DNA of 64,000 bases from Longimicrobiales bacterium (lineage in GTDB: Bacteria; Gemmatimonadota; Gemmatimonadetes; Longimicrobiales; Gaopeijiaceae), in contig CBDCNQ010000005.1 of assembly GCA_965219445.1 (NCBI GenBank), forward strand, positions 608,001 to 672,000, given 5' to 3'. The translations under genes and the position numbers were made by a program. The first letter of the stretch is position 1. Every line of letters starts with the position of its first letter. The notes under the pieces were generated by a model that saw only the letters and a list, made by a program, of their open reading frames with translations, searched no databases and was not told the origin of the DNA. This document shows positions 12,822 to 24,274 of this stretch, in pieces.

Positions 12822-15041
12822 GACGGACGACGATGTTCCCGCCGTCGCGGACGACCTCCCGTTCGAGCAGCCGCTCGTAGATCGAGCCGAGTTGCTGAAC
12901 CCCGAGATCCCGGTAGTTGATGTACCGGCGCGTCGGGCCATTGCGCTCGAAAGACAGCGCGTCGATCACATCGGCCATCACCGCGTCACCCAGCCGAACG
13001 CGCGAAAGCAGGGGCGTGCGCTCCCGGTCGAACAGTCCACCGTTGTAGGGCGGCAAGCCGATGGAGGCGTCACCCGCATCAATGGCGCGGCACAGGTCGT
13101 CGAACGCCGACCAGTAGCGGGCCGCCGTGACCGAGAACACGTCGCCCTGGTCCTTCCGGCGGCCAATGCTACCGCGTACCTGCTCGCGGAGCGCGTAGTC
13201 GTCGTAGCGGCTGTCGCGGACGGGCAGGAGATCCCGGTCTTCGGCGTAGAGGACGAAGAGGAGCCTGTAGAGCAGGACCAGCGCCGTGTCCCGCACCTCG
13301 GGCAACGGGACCTCGGTGTCCGCCTCGGCGAGTGCCCGGACGAGGTCCGGGAACACGTTCTCGAAGACCAGCGCCGACAGACTGCCGGCGACCCGTTCCT
13401 GATGGAAGCGGCCTTCCTCGATCGCCCGTTCGTGAAACGTTCGCTCGTCGGCCGCGCCGGGAAGAAAGGCATCCCGCCGGAACACCAGCCAGAACACCTT
13501 CAGCCAGTGCGCCCTTTCATCCGTCCCGAGCACCTCCTGCCCGTCGTCCGGATACCCGAGGACCGCCGCCAGATCAAGCTCGAAGAACTGTTCGGCGACC
13601 GAGCGCGCGCCGGCGTAGTAGAGACGCCAGCGAGCGCCGTTCGTCAGGATGCCCCAACGGATCTTCCCAATGGTCAGGTCGTCGATGCGGCGGAGGTAGC
13701 GCAGCATCTGCGTCGAGGGCGCGGACTCCTCACCCCGCCGCCCGGAGCGACGGTCCAGCGGTCGAAGCCACCGTTTCGACTCGACGACCGCCAAGCCGTA
13801 CTCGTAGCGCTTCCATTCCTCGGCGAAGCGGTTCGCCCGGTCCTTCGAGGAGCCGTCGGCGAACAACAAGCCATCCGGCACGTCTTGGCGTCCGTGCGCC
13901 GAGAGGTTCTGCTGCCTGAGGCTGGCAGTCCAGCCGAGCCGCGCCAGCACCGGCCAGATCAGGTCATCCTCGGTCTGGCTCTCGTTGGGCGACAGATCCG
14001 TCGGGAACCGATTGAAGAGGCCACGCAACGCGGCTTCAAGGTCTGCGAGCCCCGCGTCGGCTACGTCCCGCCAGTCCGGAAGCTCGGCGATCGCTTCTCG
14101 AAGGAAGTCCTCGGCGAACAGGCTCCCCTCGAAGGGCCGGACCATCGTCATCCGTAACCTCCCAAGCCCAATAGCCCCGAGTCAGCTTGGCCCAGCAGTG
14201 CAGTCCTTAGTATTGTCGAATCCTCGTCTGACAGTGATCCGGCCGTGCATTCAAACTAGCTCCCGCCGCGCTCAAGCGCGCCTCCTCGAAGGCCCACCCG
14301 AGTCCGCGAGCGAAGCTCTGGCCCTACGCTCGTCGGGAGGTGATGGAGGTGCCGCTGGCGGAGGCCGAGTCGGCACCGGGACGGCGCTGGAACGCTTGGG
14401 AAGTGGCCCCGATTCACGGTGTTGACACAGCCGGAATCGGGCTTCTCCGTGTAGGGTGTGGAGACTCTTGTCCGGCGACAAACGGGGCCGGAAGAGCGGT
14501 ACGTGAGACCGGCGGTGTTGGCAGGTTCGACGCGAGCCGGCGCCCGCGCTGACAGCGGCACCCTGGTGCTCACAGCGGCTCTTCAGCGGTTCCACCGGGA
14601 TCGTCCACTCCCCGCCGCGCAAGTCGATTTCCTCTCAACGCCGCGCCTCGGACTAAAGGGCACGGCCAGCCAGGATGAAACCAATTGCGGATGAAATCCG
14701 TAAAGTATTGCCCTTCGGATCACCGAAGCGTGAAGGGCAGCACGACCAAACGAGGCGAAACGGAGGAGACGCGTAGTCAGGTTGATCCACCCCGCGGCCG
14801 AACTGATGCCCGTGTCCATCGACGGGGGCGTCGGCGTGATCAGTCGCCGCTCCGGTTTCTGGGGTACATGGACGGCCCGGCATCGCTGGCCTCCCATCTC
14901 ACCGCCGACCGCGCTTCGCGAGGCTTGTTGAACAGGTTCCCCGGAGCGCTCGCGGGGGTGCTCCGCCGCCGCGTGGGCGGCGGCCAGCGACGACCTTGGG
15001 ACAGGTCACCGCAGGGCTTGTCGGACGCCGCTAATGCCGGG

Positions 15042-15125
15042 GAGCCAGCATACCCCCTGGGGCCACGCTTCGCGGGTCCCCGAGCGGGGCTGGCGGGGGG
15101 CTGTGCCCCCCTCTGACCCCCCCAC
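15042..15125 (-). other. Degenerate oriT-like motif
   Basis: gagccagcatacccc-hairpin-ggggctggcgggggg; close match to 41994-42070. Confidence 0.45.
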
Positions 15126-16462
15126 CGGCAACGGCGCATCGTGAGCGCTGGACGCGCGAGCGAGGCGGAGCGTGCCGAGTGGCCCGCCAGGGCGCGCTCC
15201 CGCAAGCGGGCCGTCGAGGTCGTCGCCCACTTGATTGCCATCGAGCTGGCGCTCCGGGCGCTGCCCACCATCCGGAGCTCCGGTCACGATGGCATTACGT
15301 CTCTCTCGCGCGGCAGCAGCTCGGCCGGCCCGTCGAAACTTGATCGCCATGGACGCGGTAGTGCCTGCCGTGGAGCGTCCGACCGATTGGCCGACCAGCC
15401 GTTTGGACTCCGACTTAGCCGCCATCGTCATCCCCCATTCCATCTTGGAGGCGGACGTGGCAGCCGACCGGGTTGCGGGCGGAGCACGGCGGCAGCGCCG
15501 GGCAAGGAGTGCAGTTCGCCGGAGGCGGGTTGGACGGTAGCCTGCGCTCCGACTTGGAGCCGTACTGGAGTGTGCATGAGACAACGGAGGGTCAATGCAC
15601 ACTTTGGCTCTGCGGTGATGCACACCGGCTGGTCTGCTGATCCGCTGGCGCGGCAACGTCTTGCGGCTCCGCCGCGCGGTCGGCCGTGGCGTACTGGCCG
15701 CTCGGGCCGTGGAGGGGAGCGACCCCAGGGCCACAGGGGCTTGGTTCGGGCGTGGGGGCGTGCGCGCTTTCAAACGCCCGCCCCCGCCCCTGCTGGGGTC
15801 GCTCCCCTCGAAATATCCCTGCGGGAAGGCGGTTGGCCGCCGCTTCGACGGCGGCGATTCATCCGCGCGACGACCGCTCGTCCGTCGAGCCGAGGAGCAT
15901 CGGGCGGCGCCCGCGGCACCGTTCCCGGGCACGGCACGGGAAAACGGGCCGACAACAACGGACGCCGGGACGAGCGGGCTGGACGGCCCTTGGCATTCCC
16001 TCGCGCAGTAGTCCGTCTTCTCGAAGCGGCGCTCGATGGCCTTCCTGCAAGGACTGCTGGCTGGGAGCGACCCCGCAGCGGAGGGGACGATGGGGATGCA
16101 CATCGCCATCCTCCCCGATGCCGATCGAGGCATGCCGAGATGGGGGGTCGCTCCCATCCACGGCCAAGGAACGCGGATCGGCATCGGCGTTCCGCTGGCC
16201 GTGGTGCAACCGCAAGCGCGCAAGCGACATGGGGCAGCGGCGGCGTGTCCCATCGCAGGCGCGATTTCGTGTCCGGCCACCCCCAAAGTGCCATGGGCAC
16301 TCGTGGATCGGCATCGGGCGCACCGATTCGGGTCCGGGCCAACGCCTTCCGAGCGGCTGAACAGGGCGCAGGGCCGGCCGAGCCGCGACTGGCGGAGAAG
16401 CCCCGCCGACGCGACGTTTCAAACGCGCAGATCGTGCAGTCCATCATCGAAAAAGGAATCGA

Positions 16463-17626
16463 ATGATGGCACGCACGAAACGAGTCCGGCGCAGCTATGG
16501 CGCCGGCGAATGGGGCCGGAACCGGGTGAGGGTCTTCCCCGATCCCAAGACCGGCTTGTACCAGATCGAGTGGCGGGAGAACGGGCGCAGGCTCACGAGG
16601 TCGCTCAAGCACCGCGACTGGTCGCGGGCCAAGCGGCAGGCGGACGAATTCGCCGCAGGCTTCGCGGGGCCGGAGGTGAACGGGAGCGCGAAAGCCGAGC
16701 CCGAGCCGCTCAAGCTGGGCACGCTTTTTGACATCTACGGTGAAGAGGTGACGCCCACCAAGGCCGAGGGGACACAGCAGAGCGACAGGACCGCGACCGG
16801 GATGTTCCTCCAGTTCTTCGGCAGGGACCGCGACCCGTCCACACTCTCCCAGCGCGACTGGGACCGGTTCATCCGGGAGCGGCGCGCGGGAAGGATCGGC
16901 ATCTCGGGCAAGTCCGTGTCCAATCGGACGATCGCATGGGACCTGACGTTCCTGATGGCCGTGCTCAACTGGGCGGCGAGGTCGAGGGACGAGCGGGGCC
17001 GCCTGCTCCTCGACTCCAACCCGCTGAAGGGCCTCAGGAAGCCCAGGGAGAAGAACCCCACCCGGGTCGTCCTCACCGAACAGGAGTATCAGGCGTTGTT
17101 GAGGGTGTCCCGGGAGGTGGACTGGCGGTTCCATGTCGCGCTCGTACTCGCGCACGAGACCGGGCACCGCATCGGCGCCATCCGCAAGCTCCGGTGGTCC
17201 GATATCGACTCCGAGGGCGAAGCGGTGCGGTGGCGGGCGAAGCACGAGAAGACGGGCTACGAGCACACCACGCCCGTGACCGACGAGGCGTTGGCCGCTT
17301 TGGAGGAAGCGCGAGCGATGAGCGCCGGGACCGGGGACGGGCCGGTGCTGCCCGCCCCGACGGATGCCTCGCGGTGCGTGGGCCGGTCGCTGCCGAGCTT
17401 CTGGTGGCAGAGAGCCCAGAAGCTCGCGGCGCTGGAACCGAAGCGGGGCCGAGGCTGGCACTCGCTGAGGCGGAAATTCGCGTCCGACCTCATGGACCAG
17501 CCGCTCAAGGTGCTGTGCGAACTCGGCGGCTGGAAGACGGCCAAGACCGTCCTCCAGTGCTATCAGAGAGCCGACGAGGGACAGCTGAGGCAGGCGCTCG
17601 CGGACCGCCGGAGAGTTCGGGCCTGA
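16463..17626 (+). CDS. Tyrosine recombinase/integrase (XerC-like)
   Basis: HETGHR, KHEKTG, HSLRR, LGGW, CY catalytic set. Confidence 0.9.
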   Translation: MMARTKRVRRSYGAGEWGRNRVRVFPDPKTGLYQIEWRENGRRLTRSLKHRDWSRAKRQADEFAAGFAGPEVNGSAKAEPEPLKLGTLFDIYGEEVTPTKAEGTQQSDRTATGMFLQFFGRDRDPSTLSQRDWDRFIRERRAGRIGISGKSVSNRTIAWDLTFLMAVLNWAARSRDERGRLLLDSNPLKGLRKPREKNPTRVVLTEQEYQALLRVSREVDWRFHVALVLAHETGHRIGAIRKLRWSDIDSEGEAVRWRAKHEKTGYEHTTPVTDEALAALEEARAMSAGTGDGPVLPAPTDASRCVGRSLPSFWWQRAQKLAALEPKRGRGWHSLRRKFASDLMDQPLKVLCELGGWKTAKTVLQCYQRADEGQLRQALADRRRVRA

Positions 17627-17630
17627 TTCC

Positions 17631-17658
17631 CAATCGGCGGGAATCAATCGGCGGGAAT
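17631..17658 (+). repeat. Tandem 14-bp repeat CAATCGGCGGGAAT x2, possible integrase arm sites
   Basis: Immediately after the integrase stop codon. Confidence 0.55.
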
Positions 17659-18081
17659 GGCGTCGGCCGAATCCGTAAGTTCAATGATAACAACAGATCC
17701 GCACGGGAATGCGCATGCTCGCCCAGCGTGCGAGCCGTGTCCGGTCGCGCCCGATGGAGCCTGGCCATGCGGCTCCGCTCGCGCCTCAATGACCCAGCAC
17801 GGTCCACGTCAGCGACCGTGTCACCGCCTGCCGCCGCGGCCTCGTGCCGATAGGCGGCGTGCTCCGCCGAGCGTGGGCGCGAGCTGCGCCGGTGACGCTG
17901 AGGCGGTCCGCGGGGATCGCACCGGCGACGCGGTTCGCGATGGCGGCACCCACCGCTCGCTGCCCCGGCAGCGGCGCGGGAAGTTGGGGGTTCAAGGGGG
18001 ACGCAGTGTCCCCTTGGCCAGAGCGCAATAGTGCAGGAAATAGATCTTGTAATATAAGGTGCAACAACCTTCTGCTACAGT

Positions 18082-18116
18082 TGATATAAACTATTGTCGT
18101 ATAGTAGTTTATATCA
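18082..18116. promoter_or_regulatory. Perfect 12-bp inverted repeat upstream of fic; putative operator
   Basis: TGATATAAACTA-N11-TAGTTTATATCA in an AT-rich tract. Confidence 0.5.
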
Positions 18117-18168
18117 CAAATTAGGTTTGCACTTGACCAGGAAATAAATCCGTGCGACATTCTCTTTC

Positions 18169-19380
18169 ATGTCTGCGATCAAGTACGAACGACCAGAGAG
18201 TTGGATCCGCTACGAGGGTAGGCACCTCATTCGACAGTTGACGGACGCCAAGGCGGCTGTCATGTCGTTGTGCACGGTTCCCTATCAACGCCGATGGGTG
18301 GAAGCACTTCAAGAGATCGAACTGAAGCGGGAGGTGGCAGGAACTTCTCGTATCGAGGGTGCTGAGTTCACTGAAGGCGAACTCGATGCGGCCATGCAGG
18401 AGACGCCTGCCGAACTGTTGACGCGGTCACAGCGACAGGCACGCGCCGCAGTGGAAACTTATCGGTGGATTCCAAGCATTCCCTCTGATCGGCCTATTGA
18501 CGGCGATTTGATCAAGGAAATTCATCGGAAGATCGTGACCGGAGCGGATGATGACCGATGCGAGCCGGGTCGACTCCGAACAGCCGAGCAGAACGTTGTG
18601 TTTGGATTGCCTCGCCACCGAGGTGCGGAAGGCGGAACAGTTTGCGAGGATACGTTCGCGGACTTCACCCGGGCGATACGGCAGGAATATCGGGAACATG
18701 ATCCGATAATTCGGGCCATCGCGGCTCACTATCACCTAGCTGCCATGCATCCGTTTCTCGACGGCAACGGACGGACCGCGCGAGCGCTTGAGGCCTTGAT
18801 GCTCCAGCGCATCGGGTTACGTGATACGTCCTTTATTGCGATGTCGAATTACTACTACCACGAGCAAGCACAGTATCTAAGCACGCTCGCGGAAGTACGT
18901 AGAGCCGGGCATGACCTTACGGCTTTCCTCTCTTTCGCCCTCACGGGTGTTGCCCAACAGAGCCAGCAGCTGCTTTCCAGGATCCAGAGGGAAATTCAGA
19001 AGGAGTTGTATTTGAATCTGGCTCAGAGCCTGTACGCCCACCTCAAAACTCCGAAGAAGCGGGTTATAGCCGAACGTCAGCTTGAGATAATACGGGTGCT
19101 TCTACGGGGAGACGAAGAAGAGATCGACGTGAGGCATCTGCATCGGGAGACTGCGTTACACTATGCCAGCCTCAAGTTCCCGATTCGGGGTCTATGGCGC
19201 GACTTGACCAGCCTGTTGGCGCTAGAAGCAATTTCCGTGGAAAGGCCTGACGACGATAGAATTCTCATCAAGGCAAGGCTGGATTGGCCAACTAGAATGA
19301 CCGAGACAGACCTATTCAAAAGGCTCAAGGAGCTTCCGAAAGCTAAGACTAGCTTCGTTCACGAGGCCGACCGCCTCTAA
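18169..19380 (+). CDS. Fic-family protein with likely C-terminal HTH
   Basis: HPFLDGNGRTAR; TSRIEG inhibitory-type motif. Confidence 0.93.
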   Translation: MSAIKYERPESWIRYEGRHLIRQLTDAKAAVMSLCTVPYQRRWVEALQEIELKREVAGTSRIEGAEFTEGELDAAMQETPAELLTRSQRQARAAVETYRWIPSIPSDRPIDGDLIKEIHRKIVTGADDDRCEPGRLRTAEQNVVFGLPRHRGAEGGTVCEDTFADFTRAIRQEYREHDPIIRAIAAHYHLAAMHPFLDGNGRTARALEALMLQRIGLRDTSFIAMSNYYYHEQAQYLSTLAEVRRAGHDLTAFLSFALTGVAQQSQQLLSRIQREIQKELYLNLAQSLYAHLKTPKKRVIAERQLEIIRVLLRGDEEEIDVRHLHRETALHYASLKFPIRGLWRDLTSLLALEAISVERPDDDRILIKARLDWPTRMTETDLFKRLKELPKAKTSFVHEADRL

Positions 19381-19697
19381 CGCCACGCTCGACTGCCTCA
19401 GGGTGCTTTTCTTCGTGTCAATGGCCAGATGGAGTCGGGACAGCCATCATGCCCCTGCTCCCCCGTTTGCGGCGTGCTCCGCGGAGACGGCCCGGGAGGT
19501 GGGGGGCTCGCCCCCTGAACCCCCTTCCCGGAGGGCAGCCATATTGGGAATAGCCATCTCGTCCAGCCAAGTCCCATAACGCATATAACTGACTTGTTTA
19601 TATTGACTTATCACGATGCATAAGGATCTCTCCTGTCCCATACCGATCCGCTCCATACCCTTGCATCCGCTAATCTGTGGTGGATATATTGGTAGGT

Positions 19698-20912
19698 ATG
19701 ACACCCCCCAAGCGACCCCCGCAACGCAAGCCGCGCAGACGGCATCCCAACAACGCCCTGACGCCTGCCTTCGTGCGCAACGTGAGCCAGGCCGGACGCT
19801 ATTGTGACGGCCAGGGCCTCTATCTCGATGTGCGGCCCTCGGGCAGCCGGGGCTGGATCCAGCGCCTCACGATCCGCGGCCGCCGAACCGAGCTCGGGCT
19901 CGGCGGATTCCCCCTGGTCTCGCTGAAGGAAGCCCGAGAGAAGGCGTTCGCCAACCGGAAGCTCGCCCGCGAGCGAGGCGATCCCCTGTCGGAGAAGCGG
20001 CGGGTCGAGTCGACGCCCACCTTCGCGGACGCGACCCGGCAGGTCTGGAACCAGCTGCGGCCGGGCTGGCGCTCCCCCCAGCATGCGCAGCTCTGGCTGA
20101 GCAGCCTGGAGCGCTACGCTGTTCCTCGCATCGGGAAGATGCCAATTTCGGAGGTGACGAGCGCCGACGTGATCGAGATCCTCGCTCCGATCTGGCACGA
20201 CATGCCGCCCACGGCCCGGAAGTTGCGCCAGCGCATCCGCGCGGTCATGGAGTGGGCGGTGGCGATGGGTCTCAGGCCCGACAACCCGTGCGACCGGATC
20301 GGCCCGGTGCTCGGTTCGCAGGGGGGCGTCGTTCGACACATGCGGGCGTTGCCGCACGGCCAGGTGTCGGCGGCGATCGAGACGGTGCGGAGGTCGAACG
20401 CGCGGCCGGTCGTGAAGCTGGCATTCGAGTTCCTGGTGCTGACGGCGACACGCTCCGGCGAGGTGCGTGGGGCGCTCTGGACGGAGATCGACCGGGGCGA
20501 GGGTGCGTGGATCATCCCGGCCCGACGCACGAAGGCGGCGCGCGAGCACCGGGTCCCGCTGTGCCGGCGTGCGCTGGAGATCCTCGAGGAGGCGCGGGCG
20601 CTCGATCGCGGCAGCCCGCTCGTGTTTCCAGGCCTGCGCAGAAACCCCATTGCGACCACAGCGCTGTCGGAACTGCTCAGGGAGTTAAAGATCGCGGCTG
20701 TGCCGCACGGGTTCCGGTCGAGTTTCCGGGACTGGGCGGCCGAAGATACGGATCATCCCCGCGAGGTCGTGGAGGCGGCGCTGGCGCATGTCGTCCAGAA
20801 CAAGGTCGAGGCCGCCTATCGGCGCACGGACCTGTTCGACCGGCGGCGCCGACTCATGGAGGACTGGGCGAGCTACCTGGCTGGCGAGCGTCAAGAACCG
20901 AAGGGCACGTAG
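19698..20912 (+). CDS. P4-like tyrosine integrase
   Basis: GRYCDGQGLYL, TATRSGE, HGFRSSFRDW, LAH, AAY. Confidence 0.93.
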   Translation: MTPPKRPPQRKPRRRHPNNALTPAFVRNVSQAGRYCDGQGLYLDVRPSGSRGWIQRLTIRGRRTELGLGGFPLVSLKEAREKAFANRKLARERGDPLSEKRRVESTPTFADATRQVWNQLRPGWRSPQHAQLWLSSLERYAVPRIGKMPISEVTSADVIEILAPIWHDMPPTARKLRQRIRAVMEWAVAMGLRPDNPCDRIGPVLGSQGGVVRHMRALPHGQVSAAIETVRRSNARPVVKLAFEFLVLTATRSGEVRGALWTEIDRGEGAWIIPARRTKAAREHRVPLCRRALEILEEARALDRGSPLVFPGLRRNPIATTALSELLRELKIAAVPHGFRSSFRDWAAEDTDHPREVVEAALAHVVQNKVEAAYRRTDLFDRRRRLMEDWASYLAGERQEPKGT

Positions 20913-21035
20913 CTCCATCGCCACGGCCCATTCTAACACAGTTCGGGTGCGGTGATGTACACACTGGGCCGTGGGCGCCTTGGTGTGCCAGATCGGAGTG
21001 AGGATCTCGATCACGTCGGCGCGCGTGACCTCATC
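20908..21035 (-). pseudogene. Inverted internal fragment of a further P4-like integrase
   Basis: EVTRADVIEILTPIWHTKAPTA...VLEWAVAME matches the neighbouring integrases. Confidence 0.7.
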
Positions 21036-21244
21036 TGGACGGCGCACGCCTGACAACGAAGCACGAGCGACTCCTGCGGCTCGAAGAGACGCCAGGGAAC
21101 GGGATCCGCCGTACCGGAAAGCTCGCATCAGGTCGTCGACCACCAGTTAGGGAGCAACGCGGTGGAGCCGGGACCGTCTGGGATGATTCTGGGCCACTCT
21201 CTTTAGATGCCGAGGGTCATCTGTGGATGGGTCCCGCGACGAGT

Positions 21245-22300
21245 GGTCCGCATCGACCGTGTAACCTGTTTGGTTGGGAAGAATGAGGCTGGCAAATCCG
21301 CCTTGTTGGAAGCTTTGTACAAGCTGAATCCCGTAGACAGTACCGCCAGATTCGTCCAAGAGGACTACCCGCGGCGATTCGCGCTCACTGACGAAGGTAA
21401 GCAGAACCAAGAGTCAGCCGATGTTTTGACCACCACGTGGGACATTGAGAGCAAAGATTTTGGGATCATAAAGGACGAGCTACCAGAGGTCTCGCTGCTG
21501 GACAATTCCACTGTCACAATAAACAAAGGGTACGGTAACATTCGGTATTGGCGTGTTGCAGCAGATGAAAGTAAAACTGTTGATAACTTAATTCAGTCCG
21601 CACGATTTAATGCTTCTGAGAGAGCATCGGTAGGCAACGTTGATACTCTGATGCAGCTCGCCACCGCCTTGGAGGAAATCAGAGAACCGACGGAAAAACA
21701 TCAAGAACTGTTAGTACGCCTAAACGAAAGATATCAACAACGCTCTATAAGCTTAGCGGTGGCCAACGTTCTTAGTCGGGCATTACCAAAGTTTGTCTAC
21801 TTCCGAGACTACGAAAGACTTCCCGGAAAGGTTGCCATAAATGATCTTATAAGACGCGGACAACAAGACGACTTCACGTTCGAATTGCGAATTTTTCAGG
21901 CTCTCTTAGCACTAGTGAACAGTACCGCTGAGGAGATCGCTGACGCACATAAGTCCGAGCAACTCATCATGAAGTTGGAGGCGATATCCAATCGACTATC
22001 AGACGAGATTTTCGAGTACTGGAGTCAAAACAAACACCTACGAGTTGAGTTTCGATGTGATATGGCACGTAATCAAGACCCATCGCCATTTAATGACGGA
22101 TAATGGATCTTCAGTACCCGGATTGTGAACGAGAGGCATCGAGCGTCTGTCAATTTCGACGAACGCAGTAGTGGATTCATCTGGTTTTTCTCATTTCTGA
22201 TATGGTTCTCCCAGATGAAGGAGAACTACGCTGATAAATTGATAGTGTTACTAGATGAACCAGGTCTGACTCTTCACGGCAAGGCTCAACAAGACCTTTT
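21245..22300 (+). pseudogene. OLD/AAA_15-type ATP-dependent nuclease ATPase domain; internal stop and 3' truncation
   Basis: GKNEAGKS Walker A, ERSSGFIWFFSF, LLDEPG..LHG; TAA at 22101-22103 with the frame continuing; lower GC. Confidence 0.85.
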
Positions 22301-22328
22301 AGCGCCCCCTTTAGCGCCCCTTTTTAGC
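22298..22328 (+). repeat. TTTAGCGCCCC tandem repeats at the truncation point; att arm-like
   Basis: Two full copies and one partial copy exactly where the ATPase gene breaks. Confidence 0.5.
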
Positions 22329-22550
22329 GGAGGAGGCAGCGAGGATTCTGGGGAATGTTGGCCTCGCCTCTATCGGAGGTAGGTTGAGCGCGGTGATTTC
22401 TGTGAGACGCGCCCGGGAATTGGAAACTTCCGCCGCCTCCTTGCACCAGCACCGTCCGCGCCTGCGCGGCGACCGAGAGCCCGCGAGCTGGGGGGGGCCT
22501 GGATGAGGACAATGCTGGCGGCAGGACGCCCGACCTCTCGCGAGGGTGGA

Positions 22551-23774
22551 ATGAATGAAGTAAGCCATGCACCCGCTCCGCGCCGCAAGACCAAGCCCAA
22601 GGGCCGCCATCCGCACAAGCGGCTCTCGGCCGCGTTCGTGCCCTCCGCACCGCCGGGCAGATATTGCGACGGCAACGGGCTCTACCTCTTCGTCCAGCCG
22701 AGCGGAGCCCGAAGCTGGGTCCAGCGGCTCGTCATCCGCGGACGGCGGCGGGACTTCGGACTCGGAGGCGTGGCTCTGGTCTCGCTCGCCGAAGCACGGG
22801 AGAAGGCGCGGGCGAACCGCAAGCTGGCCCGCGAGGGCGGCGATCCGCTCGCCGAGAAGCGCCGCGCCCAAGGGATGCCGACGTTTGCCGAAGCCGCCGA
22901 GCGCGTCGTGGAGCAGAAGCGGTCCGGTTGGCGCAACCCGAGGCAGGCCCATGACTGGATGGCGAGCCTGAGGCGCTACGCATTCCCGCGCATCGGTCGG
23001 ACGCTCATCACGGAGGTGACGAGCGGCGACATGCTCGAGATCCTCGGTCCGATCTGGCACACGAGGGCACCCACGGCCCGCGTGCTGCGCCAGCGCATCC
23101 GCACGGTACTGGAGTGGGCCGTGGCGATGGAGTTCCGGACCGACAACCCCGCCGACCGCGTGGCGTCGTTCCTCGGGTCGCAGGAGACGATGGTGCGGCA
23201 CATGCGAGCCTTGCCGCATCGCGAGGTGGCGTCGGCGCTGGACAAGGTGTGGGCCTCGCATGCGATGCCGGTTTCCAAGCTGGCGTTCGAGTTCCTGGTG
23301 CTGACGGCGGCGAGATGGGGCGAGGTCCGTTGGGCCGAGTGGTCGGAGATCGACTTGGCGGAGGGAGTGTGGACGGTTCCAGAAGCGCGCATGAAGGCGA
23401 AGCGGGAGCACCGCGTGCCGTTGTGCCGCCGGGCGTTGGAGCTTCTCGAAGGGACGCGGAAGCGGGACGATAGGTCCGGTTCGTTGGTCTTCACGCGGAA
23501 GGGCGGCCAGCCGCTCGCCGACCGGCAGCTGCGCCAACTGCTCCAGCAGCAGGAGATCGCGGCCGTCCCGCACGGCTTCCGGTCTTCGTTCCGGGATTGG
23601 GCCGCCGAGGAAACGGACCATCCCCGCGAGGTGGTCGAGGCGGCGCTGGCGCACGTCGTCCAGAACAAGGTGGAGGCCGCGTACCGGCGCACGGACCTGT
23701 TCGAGCGGCGTCGTCGGCTCATGGATGACTGGGCGGAGTATCTCGCGGGCCGGAGAGCGGGCACCGAGACCTGA
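22551..23774 (+). CDS. P4-like tyrosine integrase
   Basis: GRYCDGNGLYL, TAARWGE, HGFRSSFRDW, AAY; start uncertain. Confidence 0.93.
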   Translation: MNEVSHAPAPRRKTKPKGRHPHKRLSAAFVPSAPPGRYCDGNGLYLFVQPSGARSWVQRLVIRGRRRDFGLGGVALVSLAEAREKARANRKLAREGGDPLAEKRRAQGMPTFAEAAERVVEQKRSGWRNPRQAHDWMASLRRYAFPRIGRTLITEVTSGDMLEILGPIWHTRAPTARVLRQRIRTVLEWAVAMEFRTDNPADRVASFLGSQETMVRHMRALPHREVASALDKVWASHAMPVSKLAFEFLVLTAARWGEVRWAEWSEIDLAEGVWTVPEARMKAKREHRVPLCRRALELLEGTRKRDDRSGSLVFTRKGGQPLADRQLRQLLQQQEIAAVPHGFRSSFRDWAAEETDHPREVVEAALAHVVQNKVEAAYRRTDLFERRRRLMDDWAEYLAGRRAGTET

Positions 23775-24082
23775 CCTTTACGTGCCTCCGCCTCCGCGAC
23801 GGGCTCAGAGGCCGTTTCGGGGCGGCTCAGGGGCATTTCGGGTTATCCTACGGGCCGTAGGATGGCCGAGGATCGACGATCGCCGGTCCCCGAGGGGTAC
23901 GGGTAGGGCGGAAAGCGGCGGCGCGGCAAAGGGCGCGGCCATCGCCAAGGAGTTGACGGGTCCCCCGTCGCCCTCCCCGTCCGTGAGGCTGACGACCGAG
24001 AGGCGGAGGAGCTTGCCCGCGACGGCTCGGCGGGCGTTGTTCCGGGCGGTGCCCGGACAGGCGTTGCGGAGGCGTCCGCAGG

Positions 24083-24180
24083 GCTGGCTTGAGCCACTCT
24101 TAGGTGGCTAAGCCAGCATACCCCGTGTGGGTACACGGGGCTGGCGAGGGGTGGCTCCGCTCCCCCCTTCGAACCCCCCT
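24083..24180 (-). other. oriT-like site within an inverted repeat
   Basis: gctggcttgagccac..gtggctaagccagc, then atacccc-hairpin-ggggctggcgagggg. Confidence 0.55.
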
Positions 24181-24274
24181 TCTATTCCGAGCTTGGGGCT
24201 CGGTTCGTGGGGCGGACGGCACACGTCGCCCTCCGCGTTGGACCGCCCCCGGCGGCTGGCTCTCGATGGCGAGA

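Noticed and set aside
15006..16466. 426-aa and 441-aa overlapping ORFs
   Set aside because: Low-complexity R/G/A/P translations; at most the last 30 codons before the integrase may be a gene remnant
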